Shown piece by piece: positions 27,423 to 39,431 of a stretch of 64,000 bases of DNA. Source of the stretch: Eledone cirrhosa (lineage: Eukaryota); the NCBI GenBank assembly GCA_964016885.1, contig OZ024754.1, positions 23,374,001-23,438,000 of the forward strand. The letters are read 5' to 3'. Position 1 is the first letter of the stretch, and the number at the start of each line of letters is the position of its first letter. A program made the translations under genes and the position numbers. Below the pieces are notes generated by a model, which was given only the letters and a program-made list of their open reading frames with translations, made no database searches and had not been told where the DNA came from.

Positions 27423-27828
27423 TGTAATAACAAGAATGGCCGATTTACTTCATATATAAACGTTTACTTCACTTCAATGAAAAAGAACAATAAACAAGTT
27501 ACCACGAGTTGCGAAGGTTGACAATATTATTTTTGTTGTTGGTTCATGAGGCTGGTGTAGTCTGAGACCATAGTGAGAGAGAGTAAAGGTCTGTAATTGA
27601 CTGTAGACCACTGTGGCCCGTAGATAGCGGTGATCTTTACATAGCTTCTCTCTGTATATAAGGTGGGAAAATATAGGCTTTATATACCTGTCGCTATCTG
27701 TCTCCCACCTTGAGGGGATAGCCCTCGCATGAACCTGTTCACACCAAAAGGGAGTGAACAGGTTCATGCGAGTTCACATCAAAAGGGTGACTTAGAGTTA
27801 GACCTTTAGGTGTCACCCAAGGTGACAC
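27423..27828 (-). mobile_element. Possible solo LTR
   Basis: TG...CA termini, TATATAAAG box, GC-richer body with a 19-bp-stem hairpin at 27724-27772; no TSD found. Confidence 0.3.
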
Positions 27829-29389
27829 ACACAAACATATATTTATATGTGTATTTGGTGTATACGTTCGTACGTGTGCAGGTATTTGTGTCGCGGCGGT
27901 TTACATCTGTATGCGCGTGATTATGTGTACATGCATGTATATGCCTGCATGGCGTGTGTATGTATATATTTAATCATTATTACTTTTATGATAATAAAGT
28001 ACCAGTAATGAACTGGATAATTGCTGGCTTTGTGCCAATAGTAGAAACAATTATTACTTTTATGATTATAATAACCTCTGTCATTTTCGTTCTACTAATT
28101 TATTTACATTATTCTGAACTGCGAAGCCGAAAATCATTCAGTTTCCTAAATAGTATATTAGTCTACGACTCCATTTGTACCATAATCGTGGTTTTGTCTT
28201 TGCGTGTAATTGTTCTCAACGCTCCACATAACGACCTATTATCTTCGCTTTTTTCCGTTCATTGCCAGGGAACGTCTTCACGAATCAAAGCATAAATTGT
28301 TTTCATATATATATATACATATATATATATATGTGTGTTTGCATATATATATATATGTGTGTTTGCGTGTGTGTTTTTATTTTATTTTTCCTTTCCTTCT
28401 TCCTTCTCCAGCCTCACTTTCATATAGACTGCATTTTTGTTTTCTAAAATCCAATTCAATAAATAGACCAGGATTTTTTTCATTCTGATGATTGAAAGCA
28501 AATTTTTTTGCTTTTAAGAAACCACTGGTAAATGGAATAATTGCCTTATGTTGTTTATTACATAACTATTAAGCTCTGTTACCTACATAGAGCACTCTTT
28601 TTTCCTGGACTTTTCCGACGGAATTACTTCACATATATATATATATATCAAGGGCGGTGCCCCAGCATGTCCTCAGCCAGATAGCTGGAACAGGTATCAG
28701 AATAAAAGAATATAATATATATGTATATATTCATATATTTTATTTATCCTCATCACAATTTAAACTCCATTTTACATGCTAGCATGGGTCAGACGAGTTG
28801 TCCTGTTGCGTGAAAACTTAGATCAAATAACCCTGTCTTGCTCATGCAAGAACCATTTCTGGTTGGTTTCTACGTCTGGATGCCCTTCCTAACTCCAACC
28901 ACATTTACAGGGTGGACTGGGTGCTTTTTGTTGTGTCATCATCATGACAACCACCAGGTAACAGAGCAGACTTGATGCTCTTGTCATGTCACCAATTTGA
29001 AGGGTGGTTCGGGTGCCTTCAACCTTGCCACTAGCATGACCACTTTACAGAGTGGGCTAGAGGCCTCCTGTCATGTCCACCTCACAGGGTTGACTGGGTG
29101 CTTATTTGTCATGTCACCAGCATGCTACTTTGCAGGGAGGGTTAGGTGCTCTTTTGTCATATTACCTAACAGAGAGGACTCGGTGCTCTTTTGTCATGAC
29201 ACTTGCATGACCACCTTACAGAGTTGCCTGGGGATTTTTAGCAATTTCAACCACATTGGAGTAGAGTTGTGTATATGTAGGGTTGGGATTTGAGAGGTAG
29301 GTCAGGGTGGTGTACTTAGTAGATAAGGGGGTGGAGTGTTAAGATGTGGAGAGGAGGAAAATTGGAGCATACTTCAAACCACTAAATGT

Positions 29390-30090
29390 TGCTTCATCCC
29401 CTTCACATAGGAATGCAGGTCTCCTGCAGTACTGTATAACGCCAGAGATTTCGATCCTGTGTCATCACATTTGAGAGATAAAATGGTCTCAGGTCAGTTT
29501 TTACCTCTTCATCCAAAGCATTCCTAGGTCTTCCTCTTCCATCAATTTCAAGCGGTCAACCTTTTATACAGCATCTCTACCTTCATACACATCACATGTC
29601 CATACCACAGCAATCTCCTCTCCTGCATACTGTATCTTATCCCTCTCATGCCCAGGTTCTCTCTCAGTTTATTTACACTTTGCTCCACACCCATCAGAGA
29701 ATTCAAGCTTCATTTCTATCCAATCTTGAGGTTCTCTGCACATACCGCCCAGATCTCACTACAATGCAGCATTGCTGTTCATATGCAGACATCAATTTGA
29801 TGAAACAACCTTTTGTAGCTAGCAACAGTAGTAGCAACCCAAACCTTTGCCATCTTGTTCTTACTCTGGTTACTGTAATTTCAGAACACCTACCTACACT
29901 GCTAATTTGGTCCCCATGGTAACAAAAATAGTCAACTGCTTCTATGGAACCCATTAAATGTTTGATAGAGCTTGTCTCCTAAAAACTGTTGCTGCTTACT
30001 GCTCCAGTGCAATGACCCCTTGTAAAGCCTACGTTCTTAGCTAACTCACTATGTATCCCACTAAATCTCTTGTGTACCAATAGTCTATTT
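29390..30090 (-). mobile_element. Degraded RTE LINE RT/C-terminal fragment
   Basis: VHKRFSGI..., GSIEAVDYFCYHGDQISSVGRCSE, matches RTE copies elsewhere. Confidence 0.75.
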
Positions 30091-30339
30091 AGAGTAAATA
30101 ATGTTTCATACACATAACATGTATGTGTGACCATTGGTTTCAAATTCCACTTATGGCCACCACTGTTTAATGGGGGATGCACTTCCAAACAGACCCTTCA
30201 TTGGGCATGCTGACAAATATTAAAAGGAAGTTCTTTCCCCCAACAATTTTCACCCCAAACAGAGGAGAGTTTCATATTGTCAAAAAGGGAGGTAAATCTT
30301 TAGTGGTGGAATTGTTAGGCTTAATTATATATGTAATTA

Positions 30340-30763
30340 GACATACATAGAAGTGGTTGATAGCTTTTGCAATCCCGGTGACTTAATTAGCAGTAGAGGA
30401 GGCTGCTCTGAAAGATGAATAGCTAGATTAAGGATAGGATGGAAAAAGTTTAGAGAGCTACTGCAACAGTTGATCACAACAGGTTTCTCTCTCTGTACAA
30501 AAGGACGACTGTATGACACATGTGGGTGATGTGCAATGATGTATGGTAACGAAACAAGGGCTGTGACTGCAGAGGATATGTAGACTGGTGAGAAATGAAA
30601 CAACCATGCTTTGTAGGATCTGTTATGAAAGTGTGAGAGAAAGACAGAGCTTGGACAAGTTCAAGAAGAAGCTGGGTTTAAGAGTGATCTGAAGTGGATA
30701 ATGACCACTGAGTCACGAAGTGCCAGGAAATCTCAGTAGAAGGAAGCCATTGTAGAGGTAGAC
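30340..30763 (+). mobile_element. Degraded RTE LINE fragment
   Basis: EVVDSFCNPGDLISSRGGCSE..ARLRIGWKKFRELL. Confidence 0.65.
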
Positions 30764-31416
30764 AAACACTGTACGGCTTAATTCGGGATGTTTGTTTACA
30801 AACAAACTGAGCATTATAATAAATGTTCGGTAAATCCATACGCACATATATATATATGTGTGCATGTATGTATATATTTACATACTACTGTACGTCTGTA
30901 TACATATATGTATGTACGTATACATACTTATATTTAAGTAACAGCCGTACTAAAAGTGAAAAATGAAATTTCGTTTCATTTTTTCCATTTATCGTTTTCA
31001 GTGCGTTCGGCCGATTAACTCACTCGATATGCAAATTAGGCTGCTCAGCCGTTAATATGCATAACGAAAGTATATACTTTCAGACGTTCAATCATCTGGC
31101 AGGAAGGTATACGGTGCTGACGATAGCTAATAAGCTTGAAACTAGTACATCGTTCCTTTGTCAGTGTTGAACAAAAGGAGAACGATGGTTGCTAAACACT
31201 GTACGGCTTAATTCGGGATGTTTGTTTACAAACACAACTGAGCATTATAATAAATGTTCGGTAAATCCATACGTACATTATATATGTGTGCATGTATGTA
31301 TATATATATACATACTACTGTATGTCTGTATACATATATGTATGTACGTATACATACTTATATTTAAGTAACAGCCGTACTAAGAGTGAGAAATGAAATT
31401 TCGTTTCATTTTTTCC
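30764..31416 (+). mobile_element. Retrozyme-like unit: 430-bp monomer, about 1.5 tandem copies, with a hammerhead
   Basis: 30764-30986 repeated at 31194-31416; hammerhead in the single-copy part. Confidence 0.7.
31111..31153 (+). ncRNA. Minimal type-I hammerhead ribozyme
   Basis: ACGGTG CTGACGA TAGC-TAATAA-GCTT GAAA CTAG TA CATCGT: 6-bp stem I, intact core, palindromic stem III. Confidence 0.75.
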
Positions 31417-31489
31417 GTTGAATGTAGAATAATTTCTGAGTGAAACAGTTCTATTCAAAATATTAACAACATTGGTGGCAGTAATTTAG

Positions 31490-32232
31490 GTGAGTGGCAT
31501 GGTTTTTATCTAATTGTGTTGCATTATGTAATCTTTACAAGAGAATGATTTACCACAGACGTCACAGTGATATAGTTCCTCTCCTGTATATATTAGTGTC
31601 TAATTAAACCACAACATTTAGAGAAGGATTTATCACCAACATCACAGTGATATGGTTCCTCTCCTGTATGTGTATGTTGGTGACTTGTGAAGCCACAACA
31701 TTTAGAAAATGATTTACCACAGACATCGCAGTGATATAGTTCCTCTCCTGTATATGTTAGTGTCTAATGAAGCCACAACATTTAGAGAATGATTTACCAA
31801 ATATATCAAAGTGATATGGCTTCCCAGCTGTATGTATATGTTTGTGTGTACGTAATGCAATATTCAAAGAGAATGGTTTCTCTCACATGTCACAATGATA
31901 TGTATTTGTATTCTCATTAATTCACAAATTTGAGGGAATGATTTATCACTGATGTGAATGCGTTATGATTTCTCTTCTGCATGTATACGTTTGTAAGTAG
32001 TTAGACTACTTTTTCCATAGAATGATATACCACATATATCACAGTGATATGGCTTGTCTCCTGTATATATACATATGTGTGTAGTTAAGTGACTAATTTG
32101 AGAGAATGATTTACCACAGATATCACAGTGGTATGGCTTGTCTCCTGTATGGGTACATATCTGCTTAATTAAGGTACTACTTAAAGAGAATGATTTGCCA
32201 CAGATATCACATTGATATGGCGTGTCTCCTGT
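31490..32232 (-). pseudogene. Tandem C2H2 zinc-finger array pseudogene
   Basis: 84-bp periodic TGDKPYHCDICGKSFS..HL..H repeats with stop, frameshift and lost His ligands; 5' part cut by RTE tail. Confidence 0.85.
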
Positions 32233-35200
32233 ATCATCATCATCATCGTTTAACGTCCATCTTCCACGCTAGCATGGGTTAGACGGGAGTTGTCCCACTT
32301 GAGGCAAGGTTAGTCGGGTGACCGTGTCTCGCTCATATAGGATTATTTGGCAGGTTTTCTACGGCTGGATGCCCTTCCTAACACCAACCACATTTACAGT
32401 GTGGAACTGGGAACTTTTACCGTGTTACCTACATATCCACATTACAGCGTGGACTGTGTGTTTTCTTTTTTTGTCGTGACACCTACATGATCTCGATCTC
32501 ATTATCTCATTTATTTGGACTGGATGTTTTGGCACCAACTTTACAGAGTAAGGGTGGTGTTGGTGGGAGTGGGAGGATGGAGTAGGGGTAGTGAGTTGGG
32601 GTGTGTATTTGGTTAAGAGACGCGTACTACTGACTGTAGGTTTCGCTTTGTATTTAGGCAAGGCGGGTCTTCTGTATTACTGCGTAGCGCCAAAGATCTC
32701 GGTCCAGTGACATTGTCTTGGAGATGTGTAAGTGTGTAAGGTCGGAATTTATCAAATCGTCGCAGGTTTTTCTGGGTCTGCCTACTCTGTAACTGCCATC
32801 AAATTTGCTCGCTCTGCAGTTTCTTAAACAACTGTCGTCTTTCATGCGCATCACGTGACCATACCAACGTAGTCTTCTCTCGAGTAAACAGCATCTGATC
32901 CTTCTTATTCCTAATTTCTCATTTAGTTCATTTCTGCTTTGCTGTTCACGTATATTACTATAACACATCCAACGAAGCATGCAAGCTTCGTTCCTCTCCA
33001 GTCTGCGCAAATCCTCTGCACCCAATTCCCATGTCTCGCTGCCATGTAACATTGTTGTTCGTATGCACGCATCATACAGTCTGCCTTTCATTTTTAGAGA
33101 GAAACATTTAGCCAATAGTGGTATAAGCTCTCTGAACTTTTTCCATCCAGTTCTGACTCTGGCTACTGTACTTTCAGAGCACCCTCTACCACTGCTAATT
33201 TTGTCACCCAGGTAACAGAAGGTGTCCACTATTTCTATAGAACCATCTGGGCAATAGAAGGAGCTAGTATCCTGTGGGCACTTACTACTTATTGCACCTG
33301 AGCATCGGCCACATATAAAATCTACGTTCTTAGATAGCTTACCTGTGATCCCACTACATCTTTTATGTACCCATAGTTTTGTATTTAGAACACAAAATGA
33401 AATTTCTACCTACTGCTTTTCTACACACTAAGCATGGCCATTTCCCAAAGAGTACATGTGTCCTATTTTCCTTTCTACAAACTAGAACTTTAGTCTTAGA
33501 CAAGTTAACTTTAAGGCCTTTTCATTCTAGGCCATGCTTCCATGTTTGGAATTTCTTCTCTAGTTCAGCCATAGATTCAGCTGTGAGAGTTAGATCATCT
33601 GCGTATAGGAGTTCCCATGGGCAGCCAGTCTTAAAATCCTCTGTTATAGCCTGAAGGGCAATAATAAATAGGAGGGGGCTAAGGACAGAGCCTTGATGAA
33701 CACCAACTTTTACAATAAATTCTTCACAATATTCATTGTTAATTCTAACCTCACTGATTGTTTCTTTATACATGGCTTGTATAGCTCTCACAAGCCATTC
33801 ATCTACACCTAGTTTTCTAAGAGCCCACCAGATAATGGAGCGGGGGACTCTGTCAAAGGCTTTCTCCAGGTCTACAAAATCTAAGTAGAGAGGTTTACTT
33901 TTAGCTAGGTACTTCTCCTGTAGTTGTCGTACAAGGAAAAGAGTGTAAAGTGTGGTACTTTTACCTGACACAAACCCAAACTGCATTTCATCTAGATCAA
34001 TCCGCTCTCTGATTAGTTGCACTATAACTCTTTCTGTGACCTTCATGACCTGGTCAATTAATTTAATGCCTCTATACTTTCCCCTATCTAAAGCATCCCC
34101 TTTGTCCTTGTAGCAGTTAATGATGATGCTGCTACGCCAGTCCTTTCGTATGACCCCATTCTGTATTACTTGGTTTACTATACGGGTGACCATAGTATGT
34201 CCCACCATTCCAGATGCTTTCAACATCTCAGCAACTATCTCCGAAGGCCCAGCTGCCTTGCCTATCTTCATATCTTTCATTGCCTTACTTATTATACAAC
34301 CATTAACTTGCACCGCTGGTCCATCTATTGGATCAATTTGGGGCAGACTATCTTTTTCCCATTTATTCTCCTCATTTAATAATCTCTCGTAGTGAAACTT
34401 CCAGGCTATCTTCTTATCAGTATTAGTGAGGGAAAGTACACCGTTATCATTACGGTCACACTTCTCCCCGACAATATCATGGTTTTCCTTGAACATTGTC
34501 TAGCAATCCTGAATACCTCACGTTTTTGGTCCTCACATTGTAGAACATGCTTGAACTTTCTATCCTCTGCTTCCCTTTTTGCAAGGTACACTTGTCTCAT
34601 AGCTTCTCTCCTGACCACTTGATAGTGTTCTCTACTCCCCCATCCTGCCATACTTTCCAAGCTTGCTTTTTGGCTTTGATTGTCTCCTCCACCTTACTGT
34701 TCCACCACCTAATTACTCTCCTCCTGCCTATAGGTCTGCCCCAGCCACAGATTTCATCCGTTGCTTTCAGCAGGTTCACTTTCAAGAATTCCCACTGTTC
34801 CTCTATATTGTACATCTCTAATTGCTCTTCCGTATTGTCAAAGGCATCAAGTAATATGCTTTTAAATTTGTCACTGGCTATGGGGTCCTTCAACTTCCAT
34901 ATTCTTCTCCTGAAGGTAGTCCTCCTCTGTCGTTGAGTACGTCTATTCCTGACTGTGAGGCCACTAACTACTAGGCTATGTTGGGAGGTGCATTCTTCAC
35001 GGGAGAGGGATTTAGTATTTACAACAGACACTCTAATCACGTCTTCTAGTAAGTATATAATCTATCTGGCTGGCGTGTTCCCCTGAGCTATAGGTGATCA
35101 AGTGATTTTCTCGTTTTTTGAAGTTTGTGTTACAGATAGTAGGTTATTAGTGTCACAAGATTCCAGGATTCTGAAGCCTTCCTCATTTCTAGTACCAAAC

Positions 35201-35375
35201 CCATAGCCTCCATGGATTCCATCATAGCCATCACAATGTTGTCCAACGTGACCATTTAGGTTGGCAGCAATAATTATGCAGTCACTGTTGGTTATTTGGG
35301 AGGTAGTGAGCATTAGGGAATCATAGAACCTGTATTTAATAACGTCAGGTAGGCCAGATTGGGGTGCATAAATAT
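32233..35375 (-). mobile_element. RTE-clade LINE, 5'-truncated in APE, frameshifted
   Basis: YAPQSG..GHVG APE, FVDLEKAFDRVP, GVHQGSVLSP, LYADDL, RLRWYGHVMRM; (GAT)n tail. Confidence 0.95.
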
Positions 35376-35395
35376 ATATTGTACACATACAAACA

Positions 35396-35696
<301 letters not shown>

Positions 35697-35866
35697 TCTC
35701 TATATAAAATTCTTTGTCTTTTTGTCTGTCTGTCTGTCTGTCTGTTCGTATGCATTCTCAAACAGCTGGACAAAATCAAATCAAGGTAATATATGAGACC
35801 CCGGAAGAGTTAACATGTAATTTTTATTTTTATTTGGATTAAAACAATATAATATTTTATCTAAAA

Positions 35867-36742
35867 CTAGCAGTGGTAACCGGCGTTGCACGGGATAATG
35901 TATTTTGGAACGCGGGCCACCTACAGACCTAATCGTGGAAAAACTGCATGCCTGGACAATATGTAAAGAAAATAAACTGAATACTCTGATGGCTGGATAA
36001 TCTTTAAGATTTTCCTCGATGAAGCAGGAAAAATACAGGTTTTCACCTAATGCGGGCCCTAGGGGATGAAGGAAATGAATTTTTTTATGTGCATAATATG
36101 CCTTGAAATTTCGGAAAAATAGGCTAGACGTAACGCCTCAAAAAATCCCTAAAAACTGAAAAAATGAAGTTTTTCACCTAATGCCACAAAAAACTTTTTC
36201 ACCTAGGTCACACAAAAGTTGGATTTTCTTTGCTCGCGGTATGAAGAAGAGACTGACTAATACATAGTTACAATTTCAAGGAAATCGGTCTGACGTAACG
36301 CCTAAAAAAAACACCTAAAAACCTGAAAAAAAACGCATTTTTCTCACCTAATGCGGGCCCTAGGGGATCAAAAAGTTGAATTTTTTATGTCCATAACACT
36401 CCCTGAAACATAAGTAATACACTTGTAAAGCTGGAAAAAATTCGGTTGGGTATTTTTCGAGTTTTCGGGATTCAAACTCACAGACACACTGACACACACA
36501 CACACATCCTCAGGGAAGTGACGTAATGCAGACAGCCAGACATACAGACATATATTAGGCATTGAATATACAGACATATATTAGGGCATTGAAAATTTGA
36601 AATTTTTTTTGCTCAGAACACTCCCTGAAACATAAGTATTACATGTGTAAAGTTTGAAAACAGTCGGTTGGGTGTTTCTCGAGATTTAGGGATTCAAACT
36701 CACACACACACAGACAGACATCCTCAGTTTTATATATATAGA
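35867..36742 (-). mobile_element. Non-autonomous Helitron
   Basis: Minus strand A^TCTATATATATAAAA start and CCCGTGCAACGCCGG hairpin then CTAG^T end; a second plus-strand Helitron 5' end with (TCTG)n begins near 35691. Confidence 0.8.
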
Positions 36743-36949
36743 TGTTGGAAGATTTCAGGAAGAAGCTATGTAGCCGGTCCCGGTAAAATTAACTCCCAGG
36801 CTATGTGGCCGGTAAGAGTGTCAGACTCCATGTAGTGCGGCCCTTTATGGTCTGAGTTAAGACAATTTAAAATCTTTTCCACCATAAATTGTTAAAAAAC
36901 AAGTTAAAATCATTTAGTCGTCCATTCGTAACGTACATTACACTTTAAT

Positions 36950-37862
36950 TACATATACATCTACTGTGTTACATACATACACATCTACTGTGTTACATAC
37001 ACACACATCTACTGTTACATAAACACACATCTACTGTGTTACATACTCACACATCTACCGTGTTACATACACACACATCTACTGAGTTACACACACACAT
37101 ATGTGTTACATACACACATCTACTGTGTTACATACACACATCTACTGAGTTACATACACACACATCTACCGAGTTACATACACACACATCTGTTTTACAC
37201 ACACACATCTACTGTGTTACATACACACATCTACTGAGTTACATACACACACATCTACTGTGTTACATACGCACACATCTACTGTGTTACATATTCACAC
37301 ATCTACTGTGTTACACACACACACATCTACTGTGTTACATACACACACATTTATTGTGTTACATACACACACATCTACTGATATTCATACACACACATCT
37401 ACTGTGTTACATACACACACATCTGGTGAGTTACATACACACACATCTACTGAGTTACATACACACACATCTACTGTGTTACATACACACACATCTACTG
37501 TGTTACAGACACACATCTACTGTGTTATATACACACACATCTACTGTGTTACATACACACATATCTACTGTGTTACATACACACATCTACTGTGTTACAT
37601 ACACACACACATCTACCGAGTTACACACACATCTACTGTTACATACACACACATCTACTGAGTTACATATACACACATCTACTGTGTTACACACACACAC
37701 ACGCATCTATTGTGTTACATACACACACATCTACTGTGTTATATACACACATCTACTGTGTTACATACACACACATCTACTGAGTTACACACACACACAT
37801 CTACTGTGTTACATACACACACATCTACTGTGTTACACACACACACACACACACATCTACTC
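36950..37862 (+). repeat. Minisatellite, about 22-26 bp unit ACACACATCTACTGTGTTACAT
   Basis: More than 30 degenerate copies; explains low-complexity ORFs 37036-37932. Confidence 0.95.
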
Positions 37863-38286
37863 ATACATATTCATAAATAGACACACAATACGAAATAATT
37901 ATTACATACACACATATCTATGTAATGATTGAGGAAGGAATTGGCTGGTGAAACGCTATAGCGATGTTTGTGTTGCGTACCTTTAAGGTTTAGCGCTTCG
38001 TAGCCTATTCGAAGACTTTATTATAATTATGAACCCCGTATTTCAATTAATTATGAATAATTTTGAGTTATTTATAACGATTGTTAGTTAATTACTAACA
38101 TAGTAACTTAACATATGGTTGTTATATAGAATTTCGTTGGAAGACTTTAATTTAGATAGGGACCATTTCCATAGAACGAGAACCAAGTTTGGCTGGGTTT
38201 CTACCAAAAGAGTTAATGAAGAATTTTGAACAATTTACTAAAATTATTAATTATTTCATTACTAAGATAATGTGTGAATACACAAT

Positions 38287-38343
<57 letters not shown>

Positions 38344-38347
<4 letters not shown>

Positions 38348-39107
38348 TTTTGCGAGGTTTTTTATATGAAATCGTGTGTCGAAACAGATATTGTTATACT
38401 TGGGGAGGGTCATATTTGCGCAATATTGCCAGAATTAATAACAGAACACACTCACTGTTTGGTTGGTTTTCGCTTCTCGCTGTCTTTTATTATTTTTTAT
38501 TATATCTGCGACCTAACTTACTCGGTCCTCAATGTTGCCATTGACTGACCGGCGGTCAAAAATAATACAGATACAATATAGACACAAACACATATATATA
38601 TATATAGTTTACATAATTTACATAAATCTTTCGTTGCACATCTGCAACATCGTCAGTGGTGTTATATTCATTGTTCCTCCTGTTGTGTTGTATGCCTACG
38701 CCATTTTTTATTCAGTCTGTCTATATATTTATTTATTTATTTGCTTGTTTGTTTATCTTATTTTATTTTGTCTTCTTTGCGCATGCGTTTGCGTGTGTGT
38801 ATAGTGTTATGTGTGATGTGTGACTAGTGTGTATAGTGTTGTGTCTGCTGGGTGACTAGTGTGTGTTTATGTGCTTGTTGTTATTGTGCTTGTGTATGTA
38901 TTTATTTATCTTATTTTATTTAATTTTATTTACTTATTTATACTTCTCTTAGGTCAGTGTTGTTTGTTTGGGTGTTTGTATTGAGGACCGAGTAAGTTAG
39001 GTCGCAGATATAATAAAAGACAGCGAGAAGCGAAAACCAACCAAACAGTGAATGTGTTCTGTTATTAATTCTGGCAATATTGCGCAAATATGACCCTCCC
39101 CAAGTAT

Positions 39108-39115
<8 letters not shown>
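38344..39115 (-). mobile_element. Penelope-like pLTR relic with inverted end copy and hammerhead (38621-38658)
   Basis: Arms 38388-38533 and 38980-39115; terminus ATGACCCTCCCCAAGTATAACAATAT shared with PLE at 59546; CA CTGACGA T GTTGCA-GATG-TGCAAC GAAA GATT TA TG. Confidence 0.75.
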
Positions 39116-39178
<63 letters not shown>

Positions 39179-39182
<4 letters not shown>

Positions 39183-39373
39183 AACGAGTAGGACCCCGAC
39201 GGCTGAGCTCAAGCCGTTTCGACGGCTAATTCTGGACTAGTCCAGAATTAGCCGTCGAGACGGCTTGAGCTCAGCCGTCGGGGTCCTACTCGTTCCTATT
39301 ACCCACTCTACTACCCTAAGTATTGAGTACTTTGGTGCGTTATGGTCCACCTGGTTCCTTACCACATTTCTTC

Positions 39374-39378
<5 letters not shown>
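39179..39378. repeat. Near-perfect 120-bp palindrome plus tail, containing the 3' half of a hammerhead
   Basis: Centre CTAG at 39237-39240; GTC GAAA CGGCT-TGAGCTC-AGCCG TC; absent from paralogous (TA)n site near 14120. Confidence 0.7.

Positions 39379-39431
<53 letters not shown>

Noticed and set aside
28475-28510. CTGATGA-TT-GAAA hammerhead-like core (related repeat near 53470-53520)
   Set aside because: Stem II absent or poorly paired and stems I and III cannot be formed convincingly
37036-37932. 298-aa His/Thr-rich ORF
   Set aside because: Translation of a minisatellite
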